Assembly (NCBI GenBank): GCA_029250225.1
Contig: JAQWUY010000031.1
Span: forward strand, 87,705 to 151,704
Length of the DNA stretch: 64,000 nt
Reading direction: 5' to 3'
Origin: Alphaproteobacteria bacterium
GTDB lineage: Bacteria; Pseudomonadota; Alphaproteobacteria; JAQWUY01
Positions within the stretch are counted from its first letter, which is position 1, and every line of letters begins with the position of its first letter. Positions 41,498 to 52,182 of this stretch are shown piece by piece. The notes beneath the pieces were generated by a model that was not told the DNA's origin, did not search any database, and worked only from the letters and a program-made list of their open reading frames with translations. A program made the translations under genes and the position numbers.

Positions 41498-42550
41498 TTA
41501 TATAATCCCTAAATCTAACGCCAAAATAAAAAAGAATAAAATTAACATAAGTAATACTGATATTAACATTATTGGGTTAATCAATTTATCTGGTAATGGG
41601 CGACGTATTACAAACTCAACCATCAACAAGACTAGTCTGCCACCATCTAATATAGGTAAGGGTATCATATTTAAAACACCTAAATTAATTGATAACAAGG
41701 CCATAAAATGTAGGAAATAAATAATTCCCATATCAATAGATTGACCTGAAATATTTGCTATCTTTATCGGCCCGCCAACATTTTCAGGGTTTATACCATT
41801 TTGAAATGTATCAATAATCCCATTATAAACTGTAACCATTGCTCTTAAAGATATTGCATTAGCAATTTTAAAGGATTCAACAAGACCTACTTTTTTATAT
41901 AAAAGTTGATGTGATGACACCCCTATTCTATATACAATCTCATCTTTATTATTAGTGTAAGCTTTTGGTGTGACAAATAATTTTAACTCTTCATTGTTCC
42001 TATTTATTATAAGCTTTATTTTATTACTTCCTGATTTTTGAATAATATTATACATATCGTAAAAACTATTAACTTTATATTTTTTATCATCTAAAACAAT
42101 AGATGTTATAATATCACCTGTTTTTAAACCTGATTTTTGGGCAGGACTATCAACAACAATTTTATTAATACCTACTTTATTATAATTAGGAATGTATGCT
42201 TTACCCCATATAATTGACGAACTTAAAAATATAAGCCAGCCGAATAATATAGAAAAGGCGGGACCAGCAAGAACCATAATCATTCTTTGCCATATAGGTC
42301 GAGATTCAAAGGAGCCAACAATATCTTTATTTGTTTTGCCTTCTAAAAGTTTTATATATCCACCAATTGGAATTAAAGCCAAACGCCAAATAGTGCCTTT
42401 TTTATCACGGCGAGAGATAATTTCAGGCCCCATACCAATAGAAAATACTTCTACTTTCATTTTGAATAATCTAGCAAATAAAAAATGTCCTAGTTCGTGA
42501 AAAAAAACTAAAACTAGTATAACAACAATAAAAGATAGTAATTGATTCAT
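41498..42550 (-). CDS. rseP: RIP zinc metalloprotease RseP
   Basis: The 350-aa product has HELGH (the HExxH motif) in TM1, a PDZ domain and a C-terminal LDGG motif. Confidence 0.85.
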   Translation of the reverse strand: MNQLLSFIVVILVLVFFHELGHFLFARLFKMKVEVFSIGMGPEIISRRDKKGTIWRLALIPIGGYIKLLEGKTNKDIVGSFESRPIWQRMIMVLAGPAFSILFGWLIFLSSSIIWGKAYIPNYNKVGINKIVVDSPAQKSGLKTGDIITSIVLDDKKYKVNSFYDMYNIIQKSGSNKIKLIINRNNEELKLFVTPKAYTNNKDEIVYRIGVSSHQLLYKKVGLVESFKIANAISLRAMVTVYNGIIDTFQNGINPENVGGPIKIANISGQSIDMGIIYFLHFMALLSINLGVLNMIPLPILDGGRLVLLMVEFVIRRPLPDKLINPIMLISVLLMLILFFFILALDLGII

Positions 42551-42551
42551 T

Positions 42552-43712
42552 TTAACTATTTCCTATATTTATACTTTTAACATATTCTTTTGTTTTTGTA
42601 ATTGTTTCATTATGTAATTCATTAAATTCTTGTAAATCATTGGGTGTTTTTGAATTAATAATAGATAACATACTTTCAACAATTTCAGAAATATTACCAA
42701 ATAATATATTACCTTTTATAAATTGTTCTACCGCCAATTCATTAGATGCGTTTAAAATTGTGGGCTTTCCATTACCATCTTCCATTGAATTTTTACATAA
42801 TTGTAAAGCAGGAAATTTTTTCAAGTCTGGTTTTTCAAATGTTAAATTATTCATTTCATAAAAATTTAATGTGTTTACACCGCTATATATTCGTTTAGGA
42901 TAAGAAAGAGCGTATGCAATTGGAGTTTTCATATCTGGATAACCCATTTGAGCAAGTGTTGAACCATCTTTCATAGAAACCATAGAATGTATAATTGACT
43001 GACGATGAATAACAACATCAACATCTTTTACTTTTACATCAAATAAATAACAAGCTTCTATTACTTCTAGCCCTTTATTCATAAGCCCTGCACTATCTAT
43101 TGTAACCTTTTGCCCCATACTCCAATTCGGGTGTTTCAATGCATCTTGTAATTTTGCTGTTTTTATAAAATTTATATCTTTATCAACAAATGCACCGCCG
43201 GAAGCTGTTAAAATAATTTTTTCTAAACCTGATTTTTGCTGTTTTGAATAAACTTGAAATATAGCTGAATGTTCACTATCAATAGGAATTATTTTTACTT
43301 TGTGCTTGTTTGCAAGTTTCATTATCATATCACCGGCACAAACTAGACTTTCTTTATTAGCAAGAGCAATATCATTGCCAGATTTAATTGCATTATAAAC
43401 TGGGGATAACCCACTAGAACCTGTAATTGCCCCGACAACCAAATCAACATTATCACTAGCAATCATATCAATTTTAGTTTCATCAAATACATCAATTCCT
43501 GTACCATCAAGATTTGATTTAACTTTATCTATGTGCAAATTATTGATAGCAACAGACTTTGGTTTAAATTTTAATGCTTGTTCTATTAATAAATCAGCAT
43601 TATTACCAGCTACTAAGTGTTCAACTTTAAAAAGTTCAATATTAGATGCAATAACATCAAGTGTTTGTGTGCCAATAGAACCAGTGGAACCTAATATAGT
43701 AATTTTTTTCAT
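42552..43712 (-). CDS. dxr: 1-deoxy-D-xylulose 5-phosphate reductoisomerase
   Basis: The 386-aa product has ITILGSTGSIGTQTLDV, an NADPH-binding N-terminus. Confidence 0.9.
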   Translation of the reverse strand: MKKITILGSTGSIGTQTLDVIASNIELFKVEHLVAGNNADLLIEQALKFKPKSVAINNLHIDKVKSNLDGTGIDVFDETKIDMIASDNVDLVVGAITGSSGLSPVYNAIKSGNDIALANKESLVCAGDMIMKLANKHKVKIIPIDSEHSAIFQVYSKQQKSGLEKIILTASGGAFVDKDINFIKTAKLQDALKHPNWSMGQKVTIDSAGLMNKGLEVIEACYLFDVKVKDVDVVIHRQSIIHSMVSMKDGSTLAQMGYPDMKTPIAYALSYPKRIYSGVNTLNFYEMNNLTFEKPDLKKFPALQLCKNSMEDGNGKPTILNASNELAVEQFIKGNILFGNISEIVESMLSIINSKTPNDLQEFNELHNETITKTKEYVKSINIGNS

Positions 43713-44497
43713 TAAGCACCGAAATAATAAATTAAAATTGGAAAAGGTATAAATGCAAGAACCATTATTAATCCATCTAAACGATCAAACATACCACCGT
43801 GTCCAGGCAAGATAGACCCTGAATCTTTCACATCAACCCTTCTTTTCATAAATGATTGATACAAGTCACCTATTTGAGCAACCGTAGATAATATTATACC
43901 GACAAGAAAAACAAAAAAGTCATAGTTATAACCTGCTATCAAATATGTAAATATCAAACTACCAATTAAAATTCCGCCCAAAAATCCAGATACAGTTTTA
44001 CCAGGACTTATCTTAGGAGCTAACTTTTTACCGCCAACAATTCTACCTACTATATATGCACCAATATCGACAAATATTACAGTAAGCCAAATTGTTGTAA
44101 TGGGATGCCACCATACTTTAGTAATAGTATTAAAAGAATAAAAAACACTCATTGTAGCGACTGATAAGTAAACTATTCCTGTGGTTAATGCTATTTTTAT
44201 ATTATTAAAAATCAAATGAGTTATTATTAACAATGGTAGTATAAAACTTAAAACAGGATATATTATAAGATGCTGGCTCATTATTAAAATAAATAATACA
44301 AACACAAAGGAATAAATCTTTGGCCAAATCCCATCTAATTTACATAGCTTTGCCCATTCATAAGCACAAATTGCCATAAGTAAGATGAATAATGCCATAA
44401 ACCCATTAGCACCACCAAAATGTCCAGAAAGTATAACAATAGCGATAAAAATAATACCTATTATTAATCTTTTATTAATATCTGCAAAATTTCCCAT
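43712..44497 (-). CDS. cdsA: Phosphatidate cytidylyltransferase
   Basis: The 261-aa product is polytopic and has a C-terminal CTP-transferase signature (GHGGMFDRLD). Confidence 0.85.
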   Translation of the reverse strand: MGNFADINKRLIIGIIFIAIVILSGHFGGANGFMALFILLMAICAYEWAKLCKLDGIWPKIYSFVFVLFILIMSQHLIIYPVLSFILPLLIITHLIFNNIKIALTTGIVYLSVATMSVFYSFNTITKVWWHPITTIWLTVIFVDIGAYIVGRIVGGKKLAPKISPGKTVSGFLGGILIGSLIFTYLIAGYNYDFFVFLVGIILSTVAQIGDLYQSFMKRRVDVKDSGSILPGHGGMFDRLDGLIMVLAFIPFPILIYYFGA

Positions 44498-44507
44498 AAC
44501 ATTAACC

Positions 44508-45194
44508 TTATTTTATTAATCCACCAAAATTACGAACGCGATTATAATACAACTCTATTGAATTGTTAAAATCTTCTTCTGAAAAATCAGGCCAAGAAAC
44601 ATCTAAGAAAATTAATTCAGAATAAACCGATTGCCAAGATAAAAAATTACTTAATCTGTATTCACCAGCAGTACGAATAATTAAATCAGGATCTGGATAT
44701 TTACTTGTATCAAGGCTATTTGATATATTATCTTCGTTTATATCTTCGTTATTATTAATCAGTGCATTCACTGACCTTATAATTTCATCTCGTCCGCCAT
44801 AATTTAATGCTAATATCAGTACTATCCCATCACATTCAGCTGTTATATCTTTTGACTGCATTATAGCATTTTGTACATCATCAGAAAACTTTGATACATC
44901 CCCAATAGTATCAAGGCGAACATTATTTTTCTTTAATTGTTTTGCTTCTTTGGGTAGGAATCTTTTAAGTAATCGCATAAGGCCATCAACTTCTTCTTGG
45001 GGACGCTTCCAATTTTCAGTTGAAAAAGAATAAAGTGTAATAAACTTAACGCCGTGCTTGCTAGCATATTTTACAACATTATGTATATTATCTGCGCCAC
45101 GACGGTGCCCTTCAAGTCTAGGCATAGAACGGGATTCAGCCCAACGGCCATTCCCATCCATAATAATACCTATATGATTACATTTTTTTGTCAA
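44508..45194 (-). CDS. uppS: Undecaprenyl diphosphate synthase
   Basis: The 228-aa product has HIGIIMDGNGRWA and YSFSTENWKRP. Confidence 0.9.
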   Translation of the reverse strand: MTKKCNHIGIIMDGNGRWAESRSMPRLEGHRRGADNIHNVVKYASKHGVKFITLYSFSTENWKRPQEEVDGLMRLLKRFLPKEAKQLKKNNVRLDTIGDVSKFSDDVQNAIMQSKDITAECDGIVLILALNYGGRDEIIRSVNALINNNEDINEDNISNSLDTSKYPDPDLIIRTAGEYRLSNFLSWQSVYSELIFLDVSWPDFSEEDFNNSIELYYNRVRNFGGLIK

Positions 45195-45211
45195 AAATAT
45201 TTTATCGATGC

Positions 45212-45757
45212 TTATATTTGCATCAATTCCTTTTCTTTTTCTGATAATGCTATATCAATTAATTTAATATGCTCATCAGTAATTTTTTGTATTTCATCGC
45301 TCTCTCGGCGTTCTTCATCTTCTGGTAATTCAGATTTTTTTATTGAATTCATAGTATCACGGCGAATATTACGCACAGAAACCCTTGCTTGTTCTGCATA
45401 TTGTGAAGCAACTTTTGCAATATCTTTACGGCGTTCTTCTGTTAACTCTGGAACAGCAATACGAATTATATTACCTTCACTAACAGGGTTCAAACCAAGG
45501 TCAGATTCACGGATTGCTTTTTCTACACTTGCAACTAGATTTGAATCCCAAACAGAAACACTTAACAATCTAGATTCTGGTATAGAAACAGAACCCACGG
45601 CATTCATAGGTGTCATTGCACCGTAACAATCAACTGTAATACCATCTAACATACTTGGATGAGCACGACCTGTCCTTAATCCAGAAAATTCTTTTTTAAG
45701 ATTTTCAACAGAACCATTCATACGACTTTTAGCATCTTTTTTAACTGCTTGTACCAT
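45212..45757 (-). CDS. frr: Ribosome recycling factor
   Basis: The 181-aa product resembles the RRF family. The uppS-frr-pyrH-tsf-rpsB order is conserved. Confidence 0.9.
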   Translation of the reverse strand: MVQAVKKDAKSRMNGSVENLKKEFSGLRTGRAHPSMLDGITVDCYGAMTPMNAVGSVSIPESRLLSVSVWDSNLVASVEKAIRESDLGLNPVSEGNIIRIAVPELTEERRKDIAKVASQYAEQARVSVRNIRRDTMNSIKKSELPEDEERRESDEIQKITDEHIKLIDIALSEKEKELMQI

Positions 45758-45826
45758 TTTAAACTCCTATTAATAAATAATTTATAAATTTATATCATAT
45801 ATCAAAAAATAATTAAATATTTTTTA

Positions 45827-46534
45827 TTAAATAACCTTACTAAAATCACCATCACCATTTAATACTTTGGCAAATTCTTTTTCCTTGTGAATTGAAAAAA
45901 CAACGATTGGAATATTTTTTTCTTTGGCCAAGGTAACAGCTGATAAATCCATAACTCTTAAATCTTTTGAAATAACATCTAAATATGATAATTCATCAAA
46001 TTTTTTCGCATCTTTGTTAATTTTTGGATCACTATCATAAACACCATCAACATTTGTTCCTTTGAAAATAGCATCACAATCCATTTCTGAAGCTCTTAAT
46101 GCCGCGGCTGTATCTGTTGTGAAAAAAGGATTACCCGTTCCACCAGCAAATATTACTACTCGCCCTTTTTCCATATGCCTTACAGCACGACGACGAATAT
46201 ATGGTTCACATACTGTTTGCATAGGAATAGCAGATAATACACGAGTATTAATGCCTTGTTCTTCTAAGGCTGACTGCATACCAAGAGCATTCATCACAGT
46301 TGCTAACATTCCCATATAATCAGCAGTTGTTCGTTCCATACCATTAGCAGCCCCAGATAATCCACGAAATATATTACCACCTCCAATTACAAGGCAAATC
46401 TCAGTACCATTGCTAAAAGCTGATTTTACTTCACTGGCGATACGGCTTAACATACTTGGATCAAGGCCGTATTCTCTTTGTCCCATTAATGCTTCACCCG
46501 ATATTTTTAGAAGTACTCTTTTATATTTACTCAT
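45827..46534 (-). CDS. pyrH: UMP kinase
   Basis: The 235-aa product has the KISGEAL motif and a GGGNIFRG loop. Confidence 0.9.
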   Translation of the reverse strand: MSKYKRVLLKISGEALMGQREYGLDPSMLSRIASEVKSAFSNGTEICLVIGGGNIFRGLSGAANGMERTTADYMGMLATVMNALGMQSALEEQGINTRVLSAIPMQTVCEPYIRRRAVRHMEKGRVVIFAGGTGNPFFTTDTAAALRASEMDCDAIFKGTNVDGVYDSDPKINKDAKKFDELSYLDVISKDLRVMDLSAVTLAKEKNIPIVVFSIHKEKEFAKVLNGDGDFSKVI

Positions 46535-46650
46535 TTTTCTACCTTTTTATTAAAGAATTCAAACTATAAATTAATAACATAAATTATTATTATTTGCTAT
46601 ATGATTTTATTTTAAAAAACCATTATTATACAAAATTAAATTTTATAATA

Positions 46651-46690
46651 AAAACAAAAACCCAATGCTATAATGTAATAGCACTGGGTT
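46651..46690 (-). terminator. Rho-independent terminator downstream of tsf
   Basis: On the minus strand the sequence is CCCAGTGCTA-loop-TAGCATTGGG (9 of 10 bp paired), followed by TTTTTGTTTTT. Confidence 0.5.
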
Positions 46691-46719
46691 TAAAAATAAA
46701 AATCAATTAAAATAATTTT

Positions 46720-47637
46720 TTATGATTTATTTATAGTTTCAGCAACTTCGTCAGCAAAGTTTTCTTCTTTCTTTTCGATACCTTCACCAAGAACATAGTT
46801 AATAAATCCTTTTATTTTGATTTCAGCACCGATTTCTTTTGATTTTTCTTCAATAAGCTTAGAAATTTTTGTTTCACCATCAACAATAAATACTTGATGT
46901 TCTAAAACAATCTCTTCTTTAAACTTTCTCATTCTTCCTTCTATCATTTTTTCAACAATCGCAGGAGGCTTTCCTTCTGCTAATGCTTGTTCAGTCAAGA
47001 AGTTCTTTTCTGCTTCAATTATAGCTGGGTCAATATCAGCATCAGTATTAAATTGAGGCTTAGCTGCGGCAACATGCATAGCAATTTGTTTACCCAATTC
47101 ATTAAGTTTTTCAGTATCACCCGTTGACTCAAGAGCAACTAATGCAACAATTTTACCTAAGTTATCAGCAAAAGCAGAGTGAACATAAGATACAACAACA
47201 CCATTATCAACAGACAATCTAGCAGAACGACGGAAATTTTGATTTTCACCAATAACAGCAATGTTATCAATAATAGCATCTTTTACAGAGTTACCATTTA
47301 ACATTTTAGCTTCTAGTATAGAATCTTGGTCATTATCAATAGCTATTTTTGCAACTTCTAAAACAAAATTTTGAAAAATTTCATTTCTTGCAACAAAATC
47401 TGTTTCAGAATTAACCTCAACAACAGCACCTTTTTTCCCATCAATTGCAACACCAACTATACCTTCTGAAGCTATACGAGAAGATTTTTTAGAGGCACTT
47501 GCCAATCCTTTTTTTCTTAACTCGTAAACAGCTAAATCAACATCACCATTTGTTTCAACAAGAGCTTTCTTGCATTCCATAAAACCAGCCCCAGTTCTTT
47601 CACGAAGCTCTTTTACTAATTCAGCAGTAATAGACAT
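46720..47637 (-). CDS. tsf: Elongation factor Ts
   Basis: The track ORF begins at a TTG at 47655. The ATG at 47637 is preceded by AAAGGAA. The product reads MSITAELVKELRERTGAGFMECKKAL. Confidence 0.9.
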   Translation of the reverse strand: MSITAELVKELRERTGAGFMECKKALVETNGDVDLAVYELRKKGLASASKKSSRIASEGIVGVAIDGKKGAVVEVNSETDFVARNEIFQNFVLEVAKIAIDNDQDSILEAKMLNGNSVKDAIIDNIAVIGENQNFRRSARLSVDNGVVVSYVHSAFADNLGKIVALVALESTGDTEKLNELGKQIAMHVAAAKPQFNTDADIDPAIIEAEKNFLTEQALAEGKPPAIVEKMIEGRMRKFKEEIVLEHQVFIVDGETKISKLIEEKSKEIGAEIKIKGFINYVLGEGIEKKEENFADEVAETINKS

Positions 47638-47670
47638 AACATTATTCCTTTTCAATTAAATAGATTATTC

Positions 47671-48492
47671 TTATTTTTCATTTTCTGTTTCAACTGAAAC
47701 TTCAGTTTCAGCAACAGCTTCAGATTCTACATCTGATTTTTCTTCAGAAACAATATCTTCTTTTGGATCGCTTGAGTCACCTAAATCAGAACCGCTAATA
47801 GAGATAGACTTAGCTAAACCTTCTAGAATAGCTCCACAGAATAAATCATTATAAAATTTCAAAGCACGAATAGCATCATCATTACCTGGTATTGGATAAG
47901 AAATGTTATCTGGGTTTGAATTAGAATCAACGATAGCAAATACAGGTATACCTAAAACATTAGCTTCTGCCACTGCCAATTCATCTTTGTTTGTATCAAA
48001 TATGATAATAGCATCAGGTGCTTTACCCATATCTTTGATACCACCAAGAGTTCTTTCTAATTTTGCTTTTTCTTTTTCAAGCATTAAAGTTTCTTTTTTA
48101 GTTAGACCAGAAATACCTTCTTCAAAAGTTTTTTCCAAATCTTTCAATCTTCTGATTGAATTTGAAACTGTTTTCCAATTTGTTAACATACCACCCAACC
48201 AACGACTGTTAACGAAGTACTGACCAGTTTTTTCAGCAGATTCTTTAACTAGTTCTTGAGCTTGGTTTTTTGTACCTACAAATAAGATACGACCATTGTT
48301 TGAAGATATATCGTGCAATGCTTGCATTGCATTACCCAACATAGGATAAGTTTCGTCTAAGTTAATAATATGAATGCCATTTCTTTCACCAAAAATGAAT
48401 GGTTTCATCTTTGGGTTCCAACGACGAGTTGAATGACCAAAATGTACACCAGCTTCTAATAACTGACGCATAGTAAATGCAGGAATTCCCAT
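47671..48492 (-). CDS. rpsB: 30S ribosomal protein S2
   Basis: The track ORF is extended by 38 codons with no homology. The ATG at 48492 is preceded by AAGGAG and gives MGIPAFTMRQLLEAGVHFGH, the canonical S2 N-terminus. Confidence 0.9.
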   Translation of the reverse strand: MGIPAFTMRQLLEAGVHFGHSTRRWNPKMKPFIFGERNGIHIINLDETYPMLGNAMQALHDISSNNGRILFVGTKNQAQELVKESAEKTGQYFVNSRWLGGMLTNWKTVSNSIRRLKDLEKTFEEGISGLTKKETLMLEKEKAKLERTLGGIKDMGKAPDAIIIFDTNKDELAVAEANVLGIPVFAIVDSNSNPDNISYPIPGNDDAIRALKFYNDLFCGAILEGLAKSISISGSDLGDSSDPKEDIVSEEKSDVESEAVAETEVSVETENEK

Positions 48493-48691
48493 AATTTTTC
48501 TCCTTATATTATTCGGTTTAATCCTCTGCCAAAATAATAGTAAACTAAGACACTTAGTAAACCACCGAAATGGAAAATAAATTGTATAGAACAATAAATC
48601 ACCCAATAATTGGCTTGTGTATTTCCCAATACAGTTGTATCGAGATGGTTCTAAATAACATTTTTATTATGAAAAAACAAGTAAAAAATTG

Positions 48692-51600
48692 CTATATTTG
48701 CTGTACTTCGTTAATATTTTCACAACTATTTATAGAATCAATTATTTTCTTATTTATTTTATAACGGCCTTTTAAGCGCATTTCAACAATACAGTCGCTG
48801 TTATCAAGGATTAAATTGATAATCCCCATACCTTTTCCACAGCCATCAATAATTTCTTTTAGTTGTTGTATTGACTTAGAATTACTAAGATAAATCTGCA
48901 AACCATCGGCTGTCATAGCAAGTTCATTGTCCAATGAATTCATAACATTTCCAATCAACCTAACATCTTTATCACCGTTATTATCACGCACACTCTTGGA
49001 ACAATTAACAACTACAAATTCACCTGTTTTTAAATGAGAGCGAACTCTTTGTATAGCTTCCTCAAAAAACAAGACTGAGTAAGAACTAGAAGCATCAGCC
49101 ATATCGACAATAGCCATTGACTTACCTTTTTGAGTTTTAAGAAACCTTGTTGACATTACTACACCAGCTAGGCGAACACTATCACCTCGTACTTTATTCT
49201 TTAAAATATCACCAAATTGAACAACACCTAATCTTGACCATTTATCTTTATACATAGACAATGGATGTGCTGATAAGTAAAAACCAACCGCCTTATATTC
49301 TTCATTTATTTTTTCTAATGCACTAAAATCAGCTGATTGCTCTAATCTAGGCTTGCTCATTTCCACATCTTTACTGCCGAATAAATTGTCCTGAGGGCTG
49401 TTTTGCTCTTGTTGAACAGATTGACTATATTTTAACAATTCCTCTACATTATTTAAAAGTTCTTTTCGGTTTTTATGTAGTGAATCAAAAGCACCAGAAA
49501 CAATTAAATTTTCAACCATTCTTTTATTCAATGATTGGTAAGGCACTCTTACAAAAAAATCATATATATCTGTGAAAGGCTTGTTATTTCTTGATTTTAC
49601 AATATCAAACACCGCTCCTTCACCGATATTTTTTAACCCAGATAGTGAATACCTAATTGCAGGCTTACCTTCAAAATTTTCTACACTAAATTTGTCAAAC
49701 GAGTTATTTACATCAGGTAACAATAATTTAATATCATTTAATTCCAAATCTTCTTTGTACACAGATAACTTATCCGTATTATGTATATCATATGTCATTA
49801 ATGCACACATAAATTCAGTTGGATATTTTGCTTTTAACCAAGCTGTTTGATAAGCAATTAATGCATATGCTGCGGCGTGTGATTTATTAAACCCATATCC
49901 GGCGAAAGCATTAATTTGATCAAATATTTCATCACATAATTTTTCATCTACTTGATTGTGATTTTTCGCACCATCTTTAAATATTTGGCGTTGTTTATCC
50001 ATTTCTGATTGGATTTTCTTACCCATAGCGCGACGCAATAAATCAGCTCCGGCCAATGTATATCCAGCAAGATTTTGCGCCATTTGCATTACTTGTTCTT
50101 GATACACTGGTATACCAAAGGTTTCTTTTAATACTGGTTCAAGAATTGGGTGTAAATACTTTGGCTGTTTTTCCCCGTGTTTACAAGCAACATATGTTGG
50201 AATATTATCCATCGGACCCGGACGATACAAAGAAACAACCGCTATAATGTCTTCTAGCCTATCTGGCCTCATCTGCATTAAAACTTTTCGCATACCTTGG
50301 CTTTCCAGTTGGAATACACCAACAGTATTTCCTTTTGCCATTAATTCATATGCCTGTGCATCATCAATTTCAATTTCATCAATATTAATTTTTTTATCAT
50401 TTTTGCGATTTTTATTAATTAAATCAACAGCCATCTGCACAATAGTTAAAGTCTTTAATCCCAAGAAATCAAATTTTACTAAACCTGCTTGCTCAACAAA
50501 TTTCATATTAAATTGAGTTGCCGGCATATCAGATTTTGAATCCTGATACAAAGGAACAAGTTTATGCAATGGTCTGTCGCCAATTACAACACCGGCAGCG
50601 TGTGTTGAAGCGTGACGATAAAGACCTTCTAACTTTAATGCTAAATTAACTAAATGTTCAACTGTTGGGTCTTGCTCAACTTCTTGCTGTAACGGTAATT
50701 CACTTTTTAATGCCTGCTCTAATGTTACTGGTTTAGCTGGATTATTGGGAATTAACTTACATATCCTATCTACTTGTCCATAAGGAACTGATAAAACTCT
50801 ACCCACATCTCTTACAACAGCGCGAGCCTGCAACTTACCAAATGTAATAATCTGAGCAACTTTATCACGGCCATACTGTTTCTGAACATAAGATATAACC
50901 TCTTCACGGCGGTCTTGGCAAAAATCTATATCAAAATCAGGCATTGAAACCCTTTCAGGGTTTAAAAACCTTTCAAAGAGCAAGCCAAATCTAATCGGAT
51001 CTAGATTTGTAATATTTAATGCCCAAGCAACAATAGAGCCAGCACCCGAACCTCGTCCAGGGCCAACAGGAATATTATTTTTTTTCGTCCAACCAATGAA
51101 ATCAGCTACAATCAGAAAATAACCACCAAAGCCCATATCATTAATGATTTTTAACTCGTATTCCATTCTATCCATATATTTTTTTATTGTTTCTGATTTA
51201 ATTTTTTCGTCCATAAATTCAGAAATACCAAATGATTGTAGCCTTTTATTAAGACCTGACTTAGTTAGATCATATAAAGCTATTTTTTCACTACGACCAT
51301 CAAGGTATGGGTATTCTGGCAATAACGGTTTAATAAAGTTGGCTTTATAATAACATCTTTTTGCTATTTCAAGCGTGTTAGTTATTGCCTCTGGCAAATC
51401 AGAAAACAATTTATTCATTTCATCAGCTGATTTAAAGTATAAATCAGGGTTAGTCTTTCTTCGTTCAGATTGCCCAACAACTAAACCCTGTGAAATACAA
51501 AGTAAAGCATCGTGTGCAGATGCCATATCCGCATCTAACATAAATACATTGTTTGTCGCAACAATAGGAATATTTTTAGAAAAAGCATAATCCAACATTT

Positions 51601-52159
51601 TATTTTCAATATTTACATCATAACCGTTATAACGATTTAATTCTATGTACAGTCGATCTGAAAATATTTGATGTAATTTATTTAAATATTCTATTGCCTT
51701 ATCATTTTGACCAATTGAAAATAAACGATTTGCGCTACCTTCATCGCCACCTGTTAAGCATATCAAACCGTCTGATAATTTAGCAATTTCTTCGATTGTA
51801 CTTTGTACAAGAGTATTAGAATTATTAATATAAGTATTACTGATAATTTCCATCAAATTCATATAACCTATTTCATTTTTTGCCAATAAAACAATTACAT
51901 CTGGGGTATAATTAACAGTATAGTTATCAGCATCAGCAGGTGTAATTGACAATTGCAATCCGTGAATTGGTTGAATTCCTGAGGAAGAAGATAGAGATGA
52001 AAATTCTAAGGCGCCAAACATATTGTTTGTATCAGTTAATGCGATAGCAGGCATATTATTTTGTTTTGCAAAATCAACTAACTTATTCATTTTTATAGCA
52101 CCTTCTGCTAATGAATAAGATGAGTGTGTTCGCAAATGAATAAATTTAGAATCAAACAT
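48692..52159 (-). CDS. dnaE: DNA polymerase III alpha subunit
   Basis: The 1155-aa product has a PHP N-terminus (IHLRTHSSYSLAEG), a polymerase core and an OB-fold C-terminus. Confidence 0.95.
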   Translation of the reverse strand: MFDSKFIHLRTHSSYSLAEGAIKMNKLVDFAKQNNMPAIALTDTNNMFGALEFSSLSSSSGIQPIHGLQLSITPADADNYTVNYTPDVIVLLAKNEIGYMNLMEIISNTYINNSNTLVQSTIEEIAKLSDGLICLTGGDEGSANRLFSIGQNDKAIEYLNKLHQIFSDRLYIELNRYNGYDVNIENKMLDYAFSKNIPIVATNNVFMLDADMASAHDALLCISQGLVVGQSERRKTNPDLYFKSADEMNKLFSDLPEAITNTLEIAKRCYYKANFIKPLLPEYPYLDGRSEKIALYDLTKSGLNKRLQSFGISEFMDEKIKSETIKKYMDRMEYELKIINDMGFGGYFLIVADFIGWTKKNNIPVGPGRGSGAGSIVAWALNITNLDPIRFGLLFERFLNPERVSMPDFDIDFCQDRREEVISYVQKQYGRDKVAQIITFGKLQARAVVRDVGRVLSVPYGQVDRICKLIPNNPAKPVTLEQALKSELPLQQEVEQDPTVEHLVNLALKLEGLYRHASTHAAGVVIGDRPLHKLVPLYQDSKSDMPATQFNMKFVEQAGLVKFDFLGLKTLTIVQMAVDLINKNRKNDKKINIDEIEIDDAQAYELMAKGNTVGVFQLESQGMRKVLMQMRPDRLEDIIAVVSLYRPGPMDNIPTYVACKHGEKQPKYLHPILEPVLKETFGIPVYQEQVMQMAQNLAGYTLAGADLLRRAMGKKIQSEMDKQRQIFKDGAKNHNQVDEKLCDEIFDQINAFAGYGFNKSHAAAYALIAYQTAWLKAKYPTEFMCALMTYDIHNTDKLSVYKEDLELNDIKLLLPDVNNSFDKFSVENFEGKPAIRYSLSGLKNIGEGAVFDIVKSRNNKPFTDIYDFFVRVPYQSLNKRMVENLIVSGAFDSLHKNRKELLNNVEELLKYSQSVQQEQNSPQDNLFGSKDVEMSKPRLEQSADFSALEKINEEYKAVGFYLSAHPLSMYKDKWSRLGVVQFGDILKNKVRGDSVRLAGVVMSTRFLKTQKGKSMAIVDMADASSSYSVLFFEEAIQRVRSHLKTGEFVVVNCSKSVRDNNGDKDVRLIGNVMNSLDNELAMTADGLQIYLSNSKSIQQLKEIIDGCGKGMGIINLILDNSDCIVEMRLKGRYKINKKIIDSINSCENINEVQQI

Positions 52160-52182
52160 AATAGAATAATTTTATCATATTA

